Source: a virus
Strand: one strand, 5' to 3'
DNA: 64,000 nucleotides
Virus record (IMG/VR): IMGVR_UViG_3300032050_000079
Span: 13,336 to 77,335 of that record
Shown here: positions 26,428-38,176 of the stretch, piece by piece
How positions within the stretch are numbered: position 1 is the first letter of the stretch
How the letters are laid out: every line of letters starts with the position of its first letter
Program-made: the position numbers and the translations under genes
The notes under the pieces: model-generated
Told to the model about the DNA's origin: nothing
The model's input: only the letters and a program-made list of their open reading frames with translations
Databases searched by the model: none

Positions 26428-29400
26428 CTACGCAAAAATTTGTTGTGATATTCCAGCAAAGATATCAATTGCCGAATTGCCAAATGGATTTGAAACTGGA
26501 GTTACGTTTCCTGATATTCCGTTTCTTGACATTATTGCCCTGAGTTGTGCAGCGGTATCATCTTGTTGACTTCCTCCTCCAAAAGTTGGGTAGCTTGGAT
26601 TAGTCAAATTTGCTTCACGAACCTGCTGAGGATAGTAACCCATTTGAGACATGTCTATACCCATCGATTGACCCATTTTTATTTTAACATGTTCCATATT
26701 TGTGTTCGGATGCCAACCTTCCCAACTCAAACCAGGAAGTTCATGTCTAGAAAAATATTCAGTTAAATCTGGCCTTTCTTCTACTTTCATTCCCCAAGCG
26801 GATTGATAAATTCTTCTTTCTAATCTTCCAGATGTAGAAAGAATTCTTTCTCTTTCTCCTTCATCTGTTTCTTGAATCATAGCTTTAAAATGTTCACGCT
26901 TCCTTTTTGGAACTGCAAGCGAAAGTGTGTCGACCGAAGCACCTGCTAGATCTGCTCCATACATTGTCCTCTTAGCTGCTTGTGAGAACTGGTTTGCAGA
27001 TGCCATATCGCCCATTTGTCTAGCCTCTGCCGCAAGAGATGTATTTTTAACATAGCTTAAAATATCTGTATATTCTTCTAGTGCCATTTGCTTTTTGCGT
27101 TCTTTTGGAATAAATCTATCACCAGTTACCAATTCTTTGGTATTACCAAAAAGGGAGTAGGCTCCTGCACCGGCAAATCCAACTACTGAACCAAAAGCCT
27201 TAGCTCCAGCTGTCGCACCAAAAAATGAACCAGCTATACCACCACCAATTGCGGCTGCAATTGGGTTTCTTTGTGTAGACTTGTACAGCATCGGCATGAT
27301 AAAGCTTTCAATTGGATCTTGCCATTGTGGGAATGTTGATCCATAAACATTTCTTCTTTCCCAATCTTCTTGAGCGGTTCTTTTGTTCAAAAATTTTGTA
27401 TTAAAATATGTATCTCTATGAGCTATGTATTCCCCAATTCTTCCTGCGGCGTAACCTTTTGCGTCTATACCGAGTTCTTCTGGAGAAGAATTTTTATATT
27501 TATAATCAGAAAAATTATATTTTGATGTAGTGTCTTCTACTTGAGCTCTTATCTTTTCAAGTCTTACTCTCTCTTCTCCAGTTGTTAGTTGCGAATTAAT
27601 TGTTCTATTAAGTTCTCTAAACTGCTTTGAATATGGAGCGACATCACCTAAAATATCTAATTGAGTCAGCGGACCATAGTCTCCTGACATATTATTAATT
27701 CTTTCATAACCAGCTCCAGGAAGCCTAAGCTCTCCTTCTGCAACTTTTGTAAAAGGATCGCCTTGTTGAAAGTTAATAAAATAATCTGCGCCTGGCAAGA
27801 ATGGGTATTTGTCCGCCATAGTATTTCTAATTGGGTTCAAATAATTAACATTTGTTCTGTCTTTTGGAACAAATCTTCTAATTATTTCAGAAAATTCTAT
27901 GTTTCCTAACGCACCTTCTGCTGTTAGGGGAACGTCACCAAGACCACCAAGGTTAAGGTCCCAGAAAGCCCTGCTGCTACCATATGCTTTTGATGCAGAC
28001 TGTAATACTGATCTTTGTGGCTCAAAGTCTCCTTGACCAAAACCATAAGCTTCACGCATAGAGGCAAAACCGAAACCGTAGATACCGAATGTTTCTTGCA
28101 TTCTATATCCTATTTCTCCAGCTTGGAAATTCATGTTAGCATGAGATATTGGCGTTCCTGCTCCTACAATTTGTGGTGGCACATTGCCAGGAACTGGTGG
28201 TGGACCGTATTGATTGCCTGACACATACTGAGAGTTATAAGCAGCTATAGTTCGCATTGATTCTTGCTTTGCAAGTCCCATCACTCCAGCTCTACTGGCC
28301 ATACTAGAGTTGTATGCAGATATAGCTCCAGCTCCACCGCCCACTGCCATTTGACCTGGAGCACCGTAACCAAACCCGCCAGTGTAAGAACCAGTACCAG
28401 GGACTCTTTGGCCATAATCCATGGTCACCCTGCCAGACATCATTAACCCTTGAGGGTTGTAGGCACCAGATTGACCTGCTGGAACATACTGTGCCATATT
28501 TTGTGTGACTTCATCTGCGTGCATTTCTAGCTGAGGCTTAAGCAGCTTGCCTACTGAAGCATTTAATACTGAAGTCACTGGTCCAAATGGACCGCTAAAG
28601 TATTCTCCAGTTACTGGATAAGGTCTATCGTAGTAGTGTTTTCTTTCAAATCTATATGGATCAAATGGTCTTAATGGAGAAAAGTCATAACCAAAAGCCA
28701 ATTTTTCTGCTGGACTTTCCCAAAAATCTGAACTATAAGTAGGTGCAGTTTTTAGCCTCTTATACCACGATGGTCGATAGTACATTGTTTTACCGCCTTC
28801 AAAAGGCGTATTACCAAGAGGCCAGTATCTTCCTTGTTTGATTGCAACTTCCCCTTGAGTAAGTTGCTCTTTCTTTTCTTGGTAGCTCATTCCACCAGGC
28901 GTGATACCTGCAGCGAGAGATTGCGCTTGCATAACTCCAGAAGCTGCTTGACCTAAGAAAAATGGCGAATAAACTTTGTCTCCTCTTATATCCCTTTCGT
29001 TGACCATTCCGCCAATAGTTCTATCTGCAGCCAGGACTGTAGCGCCACCAGCAACAACTGGAAGTGCACGCTTCATTACCATTCCTCTTGCGTAGAGGTC
29101 TAATGGCCCTCTATAGTTTGAAACATTAATTCCAGCACCCATAGTGCCAAAATATCTATTTAATCTTTCAAATCCATGAGATATTGGTATTGAAGCAAAG
29201 CTTACTGAAGACGGATCATTATAGGTATTTATTCCCGCAATATTTAATCCAACTTTTTTTCCTCCAGCTATAGAAGCAGCTGTTGATGCCGTTGGCACAA
29301 AAGTTAAAGATTGATTACCAAGTGGGTTGCTTGCATATTCGTCAATCTGATATGGAGCTGAACCAAACATTCTTTTAAAAGCTGGTTTAAACGGAGCAGT

Positions 29401-32400
29401 GAATGATCTTACGCCGCTTGAATTAATTATTGAATTAGTTCCACGAATATATGGTTCAGCTAAAGATGTGAAAGCTTTTTTAGCTGCTGGATCCCTAGCA
29501 ATTCCTATTAGTTCGTCCAAAGCCGAAGATGCACTTACTCCTGTAGGAAGTTTTGGTTGAAATGTTTTTAACGCATTAAAGTTTAGTAGAGTAGAGAGGC
29601 CAGCAGCTTTTGCTTCTGCTGCTTGAGCTGCAGAAAGCCTTCCATCTTTTAGCATCTTGGCCACGATAGAATCTATGTCCATAATTAATTGAGTTGGATT
29701 ATTCATTCCTCTGGTTACAGCATCGCGCTGAATCATAAGTCTGAATATTTCGTTTCTTAATTCATCTAACCTTGTTGAAAGTGCTGGCGATTTTTCTGCC
29801 ATTTGAGACACTGCGGTTAAATTAGTGTCGTCTAGCATGCTTCTTACTCTTGCGGTTTGTCTTGTTAAACCAGTGGTATCAATGCCTCTAGCTCTTAATC
29901 CTGGTATAGCTGCGGCTATATCATCTAGCAGAGCCTGACCAGTTTCAATCCCCTCAATAGGATTTGTTATATCGGTTGCTCCCATTTGTCTATTGAAAAA
30001 AGGAACATTTACCTTCATTTGATATCCGCGGTAGATTCTCAAACTCTTTCATAAATGGCAGAGGTGCCCCATAATTAAAGGGCTGTTGCTGGAATTGATC
30101 GTAAGCCCTCAGAACTTGCTTATGGTCATAAATAACATTATCAAGATCATCAACCACCTCAGCGCCTTTTGAGCCAGTTTGAAGCCTAAGCGTTCTACCA
30201 CCTTTATATTTAACTTCATTTTGTAGTGCTAAATCTAAAAGAACTCTTGGATTATTTATATCATAATCTCTTTTTCTAAACCTAGATGCTAATCTAAATA
30301 AGGAGTTTGGTTGCTCTTCGTCAACATCAAATCTTTTTTTCATTCTATCAATAAAAGAAAGATCTTTGTTTCCAGCTGCTGCTTCCATTTCTGCTGTTGA
30401 TACGGTTTTTTTATTCGCCATATAACTTAAGGCACGTGTAAATATATTGCTTTCTTGAGGATTAATAATATTATAAAGGCCTTTTAATTGACTAATTTGA
30501 GGAGACATTGTTGCAGCATCTGTCCCCAATATTGAAAGGTTTCCTTTAGGACCAAAAATTCCAGAAGACTTCTTTGTCCATATAAACATCTCGGCAGCGT
30601 GTGACTCTAGTCTTCCAAAGGGCTGCATTGACAAGCCACCTTGAATTTGTATTGGCGCAAATTTATTTACTCCACTAGGCCCACCAATTCCAAGCATTTG
30701 CATTGGGTTAAATCTAACAATTGGAATTCTAAATTGTTGAGTCATAAAATCTTTAAAGCTAGAGGTTAAAGATTTTATTTTTGTAAAATCAACAATTTCT
30801 CCTTGTTTATTTTGGTAGATTCCATCAATTTTTGAAAAGCCTATTGACTTTGAAACAGGGTCATTAATTTTTAGCTTACCAGCTATATCTCTTACAACGT
30901 CTTTTTGTTCTGGTTTGAGATAATTAAAAATACCTTTATCAAAAGCTTCGTCAACTAAAAGCTGTTTCATTCCAAATAGGTTGTATCCACCAGAGCTTGC
31001 CCTAGATGTCATCGCCTTATTCTTAATTAAGAAAGCTCTTAACTCTCCAAAATTGCTTGCGTCTATACCTCTATTTTTTATCTGTTGATCAATTAGCGAA
31101 GAACTTACGTATCTTTTATTTGAGTCTAATAAATTTATGCCAAGTATCTGAGCAGTTCTTCTTCTAAGAAAATCTTCTTTTGCATTTGTAAGAGGTCCAA
31201 CAAAATCTTGATACACTGCCTTTTGTGGCTTGAGCATTGTTTGCCCATAAGGAACTACTGACTCATGATAAAAAGTGTTCCAAGAACTGTCTACTTTTGC
31301 TTTTAATCTTTTTTGAAATTCTTTTCTAGTGAACAATGCATCTGTTGCACTAATAGATCTTTTAAGTGCATCTGAAGTGAATTGATCTTCTACTTCTGGA
31401 TTTGCTTTTCTAAAAACTTTAAGAACTGTATCATAAAAATCATCATCTGTTGTAGATAGAGAGTGACTTTTTCCTATTTGAATTCTAACACTGGCATGCT
31501 CCATGCCCCTGCTGCTTCTTGGTGTTTTGACAACATTAATAGATCTAACAAATCTATCTGCAGCTTCTTTTGACGCACCGTTTCTTCTTAAGTTGCCAGC
31601 TAATTGTTCTTTATAGACATTAGTTTTAAGAACAGTAGCAAAAGATGCTTCGTCAACTGCCCCTCCACCAGGACCGCCCTTACCCATGAGTTGATTAACT
31701 GTTTCGGCGTATGATGAAAACTTGCTTCTGTGCTGCCCCTGAATAGCTCTAATCGCGTCTTCTAATCTATTGGTTGCATCGAGTGATGGGCCCTTAATTA
31801 ATAAAACTGCATCTGCAAAGTTCTTTGATCCAGATATAACGTCATGACCCAGTTTTGCATCTCTAAACTTGCTATTAAAAGATCTTAATCCAACAGAAAA
31901 TCCCCTGAATGCAGGAATTGTGTCAATGGCCCCATAATAACTAGTTGTTGTATCTTCAAATCCAATAAAAAAAGATTTAGCGTACTGCCCTGCTTGTGCT
32001 AGCTTTGATTTGCCATCTCTTTCTGCTGCAAGAGCTGCTGCCTTTGGTCCGCCTCTTGCTCTGTGCATGGCTTGTACTGGGCCGACTTGATTTTGCTTAC
32101 CCTGCTCCACTGCGTAGCTGAATGCTGCACCGGCGCTAGACATGTATTTAGTTGTTTCGCCAGCTATCTTAGAAAAGTCTTGACCAACTTCTTCTAGTAT
32201 TGTCCTGACGTCGGCGACTCTATTGGCTCTAGCCATTTGCTTTGCTGTTAGAGACAGATTAGGATTCTGAGCATATGGTAAGTCGTAATAAAACTTTGCT
32301 CTGCCAAATGCTGCTCCACCTACGGCACCTAGGCCAGTAATTGAGGCGATATTATATACTGATTGCTTAGCAAAGTCAGCTAAAACGTCAGCTGGATTAT

Positions 32401-33062
32401 ACCATTTGACCTTTTTTCTATCTTGATTATTCCCAAAAAGAGGATCTGTTACTGCTCTTTGAGTAATATATAGAGCTGGCAATTCGTAAGGAAGTCTTCT
32501 TCCAAGTTGAACAAACTTCTGTTGAAGATCGTCTCTTGCAGACCAAACAGCTGCTGGCTCTCTTGTTATTCCGCCACCAGCTGCTTGAATTTCGCTCCTA
32601 GTAAGATAATGGCCGCCCTCTAATACTTGATCTCTATGTACAGCCTGTGTTGCTCGCCCAGTACTTAAAGTTCCATCTGCAGATTCATAGACCAGTCTAC
32701 TGTATGGGTCAACACTATCATCGACATATCTTGTAACTCCGTTCTAGTTCGTCTGCTGTACGTCTTAGTTTATTCCATGAATCAACAAATCTAGCAGAAA
32801 ACTGACTGCCACCGTCTGCTGCGTCTTGAATTTTTTTACCAAGCTTTAAGCCTTGACCTCTGACGACCCTGCCCAAAACTGCGGACGTAACAACAGCAGC
32901 TGTAGTGGAGGCAAAAAAGCGCATCATAGGATGCCCATTTAGTGCTCTTGCTATAGCGCCAGAATTAGGACTTGGGCCCTCTGATTCTCCCTCATTAATT
33001 TGAGAGTCTCTAGAAGTAACTCCATGACCCAAACTGCTTATTGGTCCACGGTCTCTAATCAA
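26428..33062 (-). CDS. Tape-measure-like / ejected virion protein (~2210 aa); joins ORFs 32718..33062, 29990..32482 and 26428..30042 via two +1 shifts
   Basis: Directly follows the two tail chaperones. Long helical Ala/Gly-rich protein with hydrophobic segments (e.g. IAAAIGGGIAGSFFGATAG). The intervening sequence is open in the shifted frames. Confidence 0.65.
30026..30028 (-). other. +1 frameshift site (CCG CGG A -> CCG GGA)
   Basis: ENLP|GYQMKVN joins the 830-aa and 1204-aa ORFs. Confidence 0.85.
32739..32741 (-). other. +1 frameshift site (GAA CGG A -> GAA GGA), codon ~108
   Basis: The shifted frame GVTRYVDDSVDP... is open for ~85 codons into ORF 29990..32482. Confidence 0.85.
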
Positions 33063-33077
33063 CTTTGATTCCTAACA

Positions 33078-33701
33078 CTATCCCCAAAGCTTGCGAGCAA
33101 TTGGGTCCTCAAATTTAGCTTCACCATCTTTTCTAGATGCATTAAATCTATTTGCAAAATCTTTTTGTTTTTGCATTTCTTCTTCTGGATCAATCAACTG
33201 TAGAGAAACATTGGTTGATTCCATTCCAGCTGCGTTTTGTTGAATCTCAATTATTTTTTCAGCTAATGCAACGTGTTCTGCTAATTTAGAAAATGTCATA
33301 TTATCAAGATCTGAAGGCCTAAATGTTGGCATTGTTGCCAGAACAAAAGCTTTCATTAAAGATCTAACTTCATTGGCTTCTTCTCTTTTTTGCTCAACTA
33401 TGTGTTTTGCTTTTTTTGCAGAAGAAAAACCAGACTCTTCTAATACTTCTTCTGCAAGAGAAGAAACAAGACCTGCAGGATATTTATCCGAGTCAAAATC
33501 ATGAGGATAAATAACAGCATACTTTATTATTAAGTCTTCTATGTCTGCGTTAGAGCTATCGCCATTTTTTTGAAATTCAGATATCTCATCAAATTCTGAA
33601 AAAGTAAGTTCTCTAAAAAGAATAATTTCTTTTTTTATAGAGGTCTCAAATATGGACCCATATTTATTTTTTATTTCAAATATAAAAGATGGGTCTATCA
33701 T
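33078..33701 (-). CDS. Tail assembly chaperone (paralogue 2)
   Basis: KNKYGSIFETSI...ILFRELTFSEF resembles the upstream chaperone; lies between the tube genes and the tape measure. Confidence 0.6.
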   Translation of the reverse strand: MIDPSFIFEIKNKYGSIFETSIKKEIILFRELTFSEFDEISEFQKNGDSSNADIEDLIIKYAVIYPHDFDSDKYPAGLVSSLAEEVLEESGFSSAKKAKHIVEQKREEANEVRSLMKAFVLATMPTFRPSDLDNMTFSKLAEHVALAEKIIEIQQNAAGMESTNVSLQLIDPEEEMQKQKDFANRFNASRKDGEAKFEDPIARKLWG

Positions 33702-33704
33702 TTA

Positions 33705-34217
33705 TTATAACTGTCTTACTTCTAGTGCTACGAATCCGGATGCCTCAAGAACTTCTTGAGAAATAAGAGAAGGAAGACCAGCCATTTCTCTTGTCATCGC
33801 TGCTACATCATAAGATGGGAAAAGTATGCAAAGCTCAGCTATGGCTTCTTCATTCCAAAGGTTTGCTTCTGCTGTTGACATTTGCCCTGATTGAACAAGT
33901 TGTTCCATTTTTCTAACTAGATTTTTATATTCTAATCTAGAAAGAGGTCTCCATGCAATATGCTTGTCAAAAGATATTGACGTAACATAAACGTCACCAT
34001 GTTCTTTCTTCCAAATTTTGATCTGTCCTGCAGTCGGCCCATCTGGCCAAATCTCTTCTTCGTCTGGCAAATCTTCTACTGAAGTAACTGCTTCTATGTC
34101 CTGCTCTTCTGTATCAAAATCTTCATCTACCATCTGTGCTACAAGAGCTTCTTGTGCGCCAGTTTCTTCGATTAACTCTTCTGATGAACTAACTACTACT
34201 TTTCTTTTCTCGGTCAT
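33705..34217 (-). CDS. Tail assembly chaperone (paralogue 1)
   Basis: QIKIWKKEHGDVYVT...WRPLSRLEY...GLPSLISQEVLEASGF; acidic N-terminus; typical position. Confidence 0.65.
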   Translation of the reverse strand: MTEKRKVVVSSSEELIEETGAQEALVAQMVDEDFDTEEQDIEAVTSVEDLPDEEEIWPDGPTAGQIKIWKKEHGDVYVTSISFDKHIAWRPLSRLEYKNLVRKMEQLVQSGQMSTAEANLWNEEAIAELCILFPSYDVAAMTREMAGLPSLISQEVLEASGFVALEVRQL

Positions 34218-34250
34218 ACTTTTCTCCTATTTTTAAAATAAACCTAAAAC

Positions 34251-34259
34251 ATTATACCA
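34251..34259 (-). promoter_or_regulatory. Extended -10 sigma70-type element TGGTATAAT upstream of the tail chaperone gene
   Basis: Perfect TGnTATAAT in the intergenic gap, followed by an AGGAG RBS. Confidence 0.45.
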
Positions 34260-34270
34260 TACAACACTGC

Positions 34271-35293
34271 CTATGGAACTTGTCCATAAGTAGTAACATA
34301 TGCTATTCTTTCTTCTGATGGTGGTGCAGAAGTCTGTGTTGCACTAGTTCCCTTAACTTGTGCCGCCTCATTGGTGGCTGTGGTTTCGCTTGATGTTGGA
34401 GCTTTTCTTGATGCTCCAGAAGAGACATACATGTCCCTTGCTATAAACTGATAAGTTTCCACCAAAGGCTGCCCTCCAGTAGAGTAGCCAGATGCCATCC
34501 CTAGAAGCTGAATACTTTGCAAAACTATATCCATTTTATCGGATGCAGTTTTTTGCACTAGTCTTTCATTAAAGTCAGTGGCCATTAACCTATCCAAAGT
34601 ATCATAGTTGTCGTCTCCATCATCGCCTTTATTTCTTGTCACTGTAGTTACAGAACCTTCTTGTGTTCCATATTTAATAACAAAATTAAAAGGAGGATGT
34701 GCAGAAAATATATTTCTTGCGTCATCTGAACTATTATCTGAAGATAGTCTATCTAGCCTGCTGTTTGCCCAGTATTTTTTAATATTTTTTTCATCATCTA
34801 AAGACTCTGCCCTACTCAATAAATAAGATTGAATCTTTGCATTAGCCCCTTCTGATGTATAAAATCCCGCTCTTTTTTCTGCTGCCTTTGACAAAAGGTC
34901 GGTCATTCTTCCTGGATATCTTGCATACACACTAAATTCTCCAGTGATGATTCTAGTTCCCACCATCATAACATCATAATTATAAGACCAGAAACCATAA
35001 AGAGGCTGCTTCTCCTGCTTAATTGCAAAAGCAAAACTGGCTAAATCTAATTCATCTGATGCATCAAACAGTCCATCAATATATATTCTGACATCTTCTC
35101 CAGTAAAATAATAATCATAATATTGATTAAATTGTTCTGCAGAGCTTGTCTTTCCAGCCCATTGCAAATCTACGTTTGGATTTAAAGGATCAAAGCTTTG
35201 AGCTTGAGTAGGATCTTTAAATTCATACGGAATATAAGAAGTAAATGGTCTATAACTTTTTTGTCCAACAATTGAATTATAATCTCTTGCCAT
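34271..35293 (-). CDS. Tail tube-like protein (paralogue 3; possible baseplate-proximal tube initiator)
   Basis: FTGEDV, QEKQPLYG, GTRIITGEF and PPFNFVI align with the other two tube proteins. Confidence 0.65.
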   Translation of the reverse strand: MARDYNSIVGQKSYRPFTSYIPYEFKDPTQAQSFDPLNPNVDLQWAGKTSSAEQFNQYYDYYFTGEDVRIYIDGLFDASDELDLASFAFAIKQEKQPLYGFWSYNYDVMMVGTRIITGEFSVYARYPGRMTDLLSKAAEKRAGFYTSEGANAKIQSYLLSRAESLDDEKNIKKYWANSRLDRLSSDNSSDDARNIFSAHPPFNFVIKYGTQEGSVTTVTRNKGDDGDDNYDTLDRLMATDFNERLVQKTASDKMDIVLQSIQLLGMASGYSTGGQPLVETYQFIARDMYVSSGASRKAPTSSETTATNEAAQVKGTSATQTSAPPSEERIAYVTTYGQVP

Positions 35294-35297
35294 TTTA

Positions 35298-36017
35298 TTA
35301 TGCCCTTGGAACCCTGTCTATAAAAGTTGTATATTCTGTTAACTTATCTGTGGAATTTGAATTCCAAAAGTTTTTCTGCCTTTGTTCGTATGCATCATAA
35401 ACATCATCTGGTAGCATCATTGGATCTTTTTCCATGCTTACAAGTGGCTGCATACCTCTAGCCATAAAGGTGTAGGTTTGTTCGGTGATTAAGTCGTCAA
35501 CAGACATTGTACCACCTTCATCTACTATAGTAACGCCATAAATCTTCATTTTAGATGCCATTCCATATTCATTAAAAAAAGATAAGACTATATCAAATGG
35601 TGGCAGCATGTCTGCTAATGGCGCAAAGAATAATCCAGTTTCTGCCATTATATTTCTAAACTCTTTAATTCTATAAAACGCATACTCATTGAAAACTGTA
35701 AAGATTAAAGAGCCCGCTATTGTTCTTCCACCTTTAACAAATCCTCTTGGATTTACGTGACCAAGAGTTCTAACAGGTGAGTTTTCTCGGTGAATAGAAT
35801 AAGATATTGTTTGAATTTCTGCCATTTCAAGAATATCAGCTTCTCCAACTGTCTTGGTATTCCTATCTATATTTGGAACAACTATTGTTGCTGATATATC
35901 AGTTCCAGCATAGGACATGTTAGAAAATGGGTCTGGCATTCCTTTAGCTAATCTATTGGAAGTGACCCCACTTTCATATCTGAATATCTCATCTTTTTTT
36001 TGTTGAAGTGATGTCAT
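35298..36017 (-). CDS. Tail tube-like protein (paralogue 2)
   Basis: YAGTDI, RENSPVRTLG, GGRTIAGSLIFTVF and PPFDIVL. Confidence 0.7.
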   Translation of the reverse strand: MTSLQQKKDEIFRYESGVTSNRLAKGMPDPFSNMSYAGTDISATIVVPNIDRNTKTVGEADILEMAEIQTISYSIHRENSPVRTLGHVNPRGFVKGGRTIAGSLIFTVFNEYAFYRIKEFRNIMAETGLFFAPLADMLPPFDIVLSFFNEYGMASKMKIYGVTIVDEGGTMSVDDLITEQTYTFMARGMQPLVSMEKDPMMLPDDVYDAYEQRQKNFWNSNSTDKLTEYTTFIDRVPRA

Positions 36018-36029
36018 TTATACTCCTAG

Positions 36030-36072
36030 AAAACAATATGGAGGACATGAAAATAATCACGTCCTCCATATT
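36030..36072 (-). terminator. Rho-independent terminator after the major tail tube gene
   Basis: Inverted repeat AATATGGAGGAC (36035-36046) / GTCCTCCATATT (36061-36072), followed by GTTTTCT on the minus strand. Confidence 0.7.
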
Positions 36073-36092
36073 ATGCGGGTTTTAATTAAATA

Positions 36093-36782
36093 TTATGGTC
36101 TAATAATTTGGGTATTTAAGCCACTTTGTCCAGCTGCGTCTGAGCTGATAAGATCCTTAAGATCTCCAGTGTTAAACCTTCCAAGTTGATCAGTTGTAAT
36201 TCTGTACATTGGACCAATTTCACGAGCTACGTATGTCATTGTCTCTTCGATAACAATGTCATCCATAGAAGCTCCAGAACCTTCGTTCAAAAGCTCAACT
36301 CCATAAATTGATCTTACTGCGCCCTGTCCATATTCGTTAACAAATGTTACGGTAATATCAAATGGAGGAATTTGATCCGCATAATATGGAACTTGTGAAA
36401 CAATGTCACGTGACTGATCTGTAAACTCTGCAATTCCTCTCTTGTGCTGAGGATCTCCAGGAAGAGTGTTGTGTCTTCTTGTAAAGAACTTCATTGAGTT
36501 GTCTGTTGCATGATGAGCTTCAATCATCTGGTAAAGAGCTGGACGATCAAAAACAGTAAAGATTAATGATCCTGCAATTCCTCTTTTGCCTCTTGAGAAA
36601 GAGCGTGGGTTTGGTGAACCCATAGTGTAGATTGGTGCCTTTTCTCTTGTTACTGAAAATGTAATTCCAGAAAGAGCTCCAATTTCAACGCCACCAAAGG
36701 TGGCAACAATATCTGCTCCAGAAAATGTAGTATAAGTATTTAGATACTTATTAACTGGACCATCATAGTATTCTCCTGCCAT
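36093..36782 (-). CDS. Major tail tube protein
   Basis: Immediately downstream of the sheath gene; FSGADI, REKAPIYTMGS..PRSFSRGKRGIAGSLIF; followed by a terminator. Confidence 0.75.
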   Translation of the reverse strand: MAGEYYDGPVNKYLNTYTTFSGADIVATFGGVEIGALSGITFSVTREKAPIYTMGSPNPRSFSRGKRGIAGSLIFTVFDRPALYQMIEAHHATDNSMKFFTRRHNTLPGDPQHKRGIAEFTDQSRDIVSQVPYYADQIPPFDITVTFVNEYGQGAVRSIYGVELLNEGSGASMDDIVIEETMTYVAREIGPMYRITTDQLGRFNTGDLKDLISSDAAGQSGLNTQIIRP

Positions 36783-36817
36783 TTTATACCCTCCAATTCG
36801 GTATTTTTATTTATGGT

Positions 36818-38095
36818 TTATAGGTTAATTGCTACTTGAACATCAATGTTCTTGAGTTCAAATGCTGGTGTCAGAACGAGGTCAACAATCGCTTTGTTTT
36901 CTGCTGGAATGTAACTTACGGTAAAGTCACTATCTAGCAAAGCTCCAATTTGTTGCATACCTCTTAAAGCTGATGTGATTGCAGTTTCCATTGAGTTACG
37001 AGTCTGAATGGTTGATGCTTCTCCAATAAACTTCTGACATACTTGTCTAACCAAAAGAGCTGCTTCGTTGATAATTCTCATTGTAGAAACTCTTGTATAG
37101 TCAGATGTTGAAGATGCCATTGTTAAGCCTTCAATGAAGGTTGGTATCTTATTAAAGTTAAGTGCTACAGTATTTACTCCCGCATCTGACAATCTCTCTT
37201 GCTGAGTTCTTGTTGGGTTGTATCTCATTGCAGCAACGTTATATGCAGTCTTGTTAACAGGAGAAGTAAAGGATGCCATTCTGCTTATTGCAGCAGCCAT
37301 TGTTGTTGCACCATTTGCGTAACCCCAAGTAGAAACATAATTTACTGGCTTTAGTTCGCTAGCAACAACAACAACGTGTCTGCCAACTTCTGCCATATTT
37401 GTTCCATCTCTGGTGATCAAAGTATTAAGAACACTTCCAGATGTTGCACTTGTATTTAGGTGTGTTGCTACTTCTGCTGGTGTCATTACTTCTGTAACGT
37501 TTCCAGTTCCTGGATTATAGGGCTTAACACCCATAACTGCGAAGCATGAGTGTGAGTTCTCATTTATCTCTTTAACTTTTACTGCAACCTTATAGGCCCA
37601 GCTTGAAGTTGTTGTCGCATTATTTGCATAGAAACCATATTCATAGTCGTCACCAGGAGTTGCTGGACTTTGCCAGTCATCTGGATGACCTCCGCGACCC
37701 CAAGGAACGATAATGTCAGGTTGCGCAGCTTCTGCTGCTGCAAACGCTGCATCAAAAACGTTTACTCCTGAGCTGGATGAACTTGTAATTGTTCCAGCGC
37801 TGTGATCAAAAACTGAGTCAGAAGGAAGAGGAACAATAAATATTCTTTCTGCGCCTCCTGCTAAAAGCTCAATAAATCCTCTATGGACATCTGAGTCTTC
37901 GCCAAAAGCGTCGATTACATCTTGCTCAGTTGTAGCCTGAACTACGTCAAGATCCTTTACTCTGCTGGAATTATCTCCAGCAACTGCCGCACCTCTTCTT
38001 GCGATGAGGCAGATTCGTGGACCGACAGGAATATCCTGTCTAGAGATGCTATAAAAGCGATCTTTAATTACTGTTTTTACACCTGGTAGAGCCAT
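36818..38095 (-). CDS. Contractile tail sheath protein
   Basis: N-terminal LPGV; C-terminal sheath domain (QQERLSDAGVN...YTRVSTMRII...FIGE...VDLVLTPAFELKNIDV). Confidence 0.85.
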   Translation of the reverse strand: MALPGVKTVIKDRFYSISRQDIPVGPRICLIARRGAAVAGDNSSRVKDLDVVQATTEQDVIDAFGEDSDVHRGFIELLAGGAERIFIVPLPSDSVFDHSAGTITSSSSSGVNVFDAAFAAAEAAQPDIIVPWGRGGHPDDWQSPATPGDDYEYGFYANNATTTSSWAYKVAVKVKEINENSHSCFAVMGVKPYNPGTGNVTEVMTPAEVATHLNTSATSGSVLNTLITRDGTNMAEVGRHVVVVASELKPVNYVSTWGYANGATTMAAAISRMASFTSPVNKTAYNVAAMRYNPTRTQQERLSDAGVNTVALNFNKIPTFIEGLTMASSTSDYTRVSTMRIINEAALLVRQVCQKFIGEASTIQTRNSMETAITSALRGMQQIGALLDSDFTVSYIPAENKAIVDLVLTPAFELKNIDVQVAINL

Positions 38096-38142
38096 TAGTC
38101 TATAGACCTCCGATTGGGGCAGTTTGGTTTTAACTTCTTTTA

Positions 38143-38150
38143 TATAGTAA
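38143..38150 (-). promoter_or_regulatory. Candidate late-promoter motif TTACTATA upstream of the sheath gene
   Basis: One of five intergenic KTACTA(TA/GT) copies. Confidence 0.5.
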
Positions 38151-38176
38151 TAACAAACTTATAAAAACAAACTACA

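Noticed and set aside
26420-26430. Fusion of the tape measure and the RNA polymerase into one polypeptide
   Set aside because: The tape-measure gene ends TAG GAA TAA and the next ATG is 8 nt away in another frame, with no CGG site. These are two separate genes.
33695-33730. Classical -1 G/GT tail-chaperone frameshift
   Set aside because: I saw no slippery heptamer at the end of 33705..34217. The two chaperones are separate paralogous genes with a double TAA between them.
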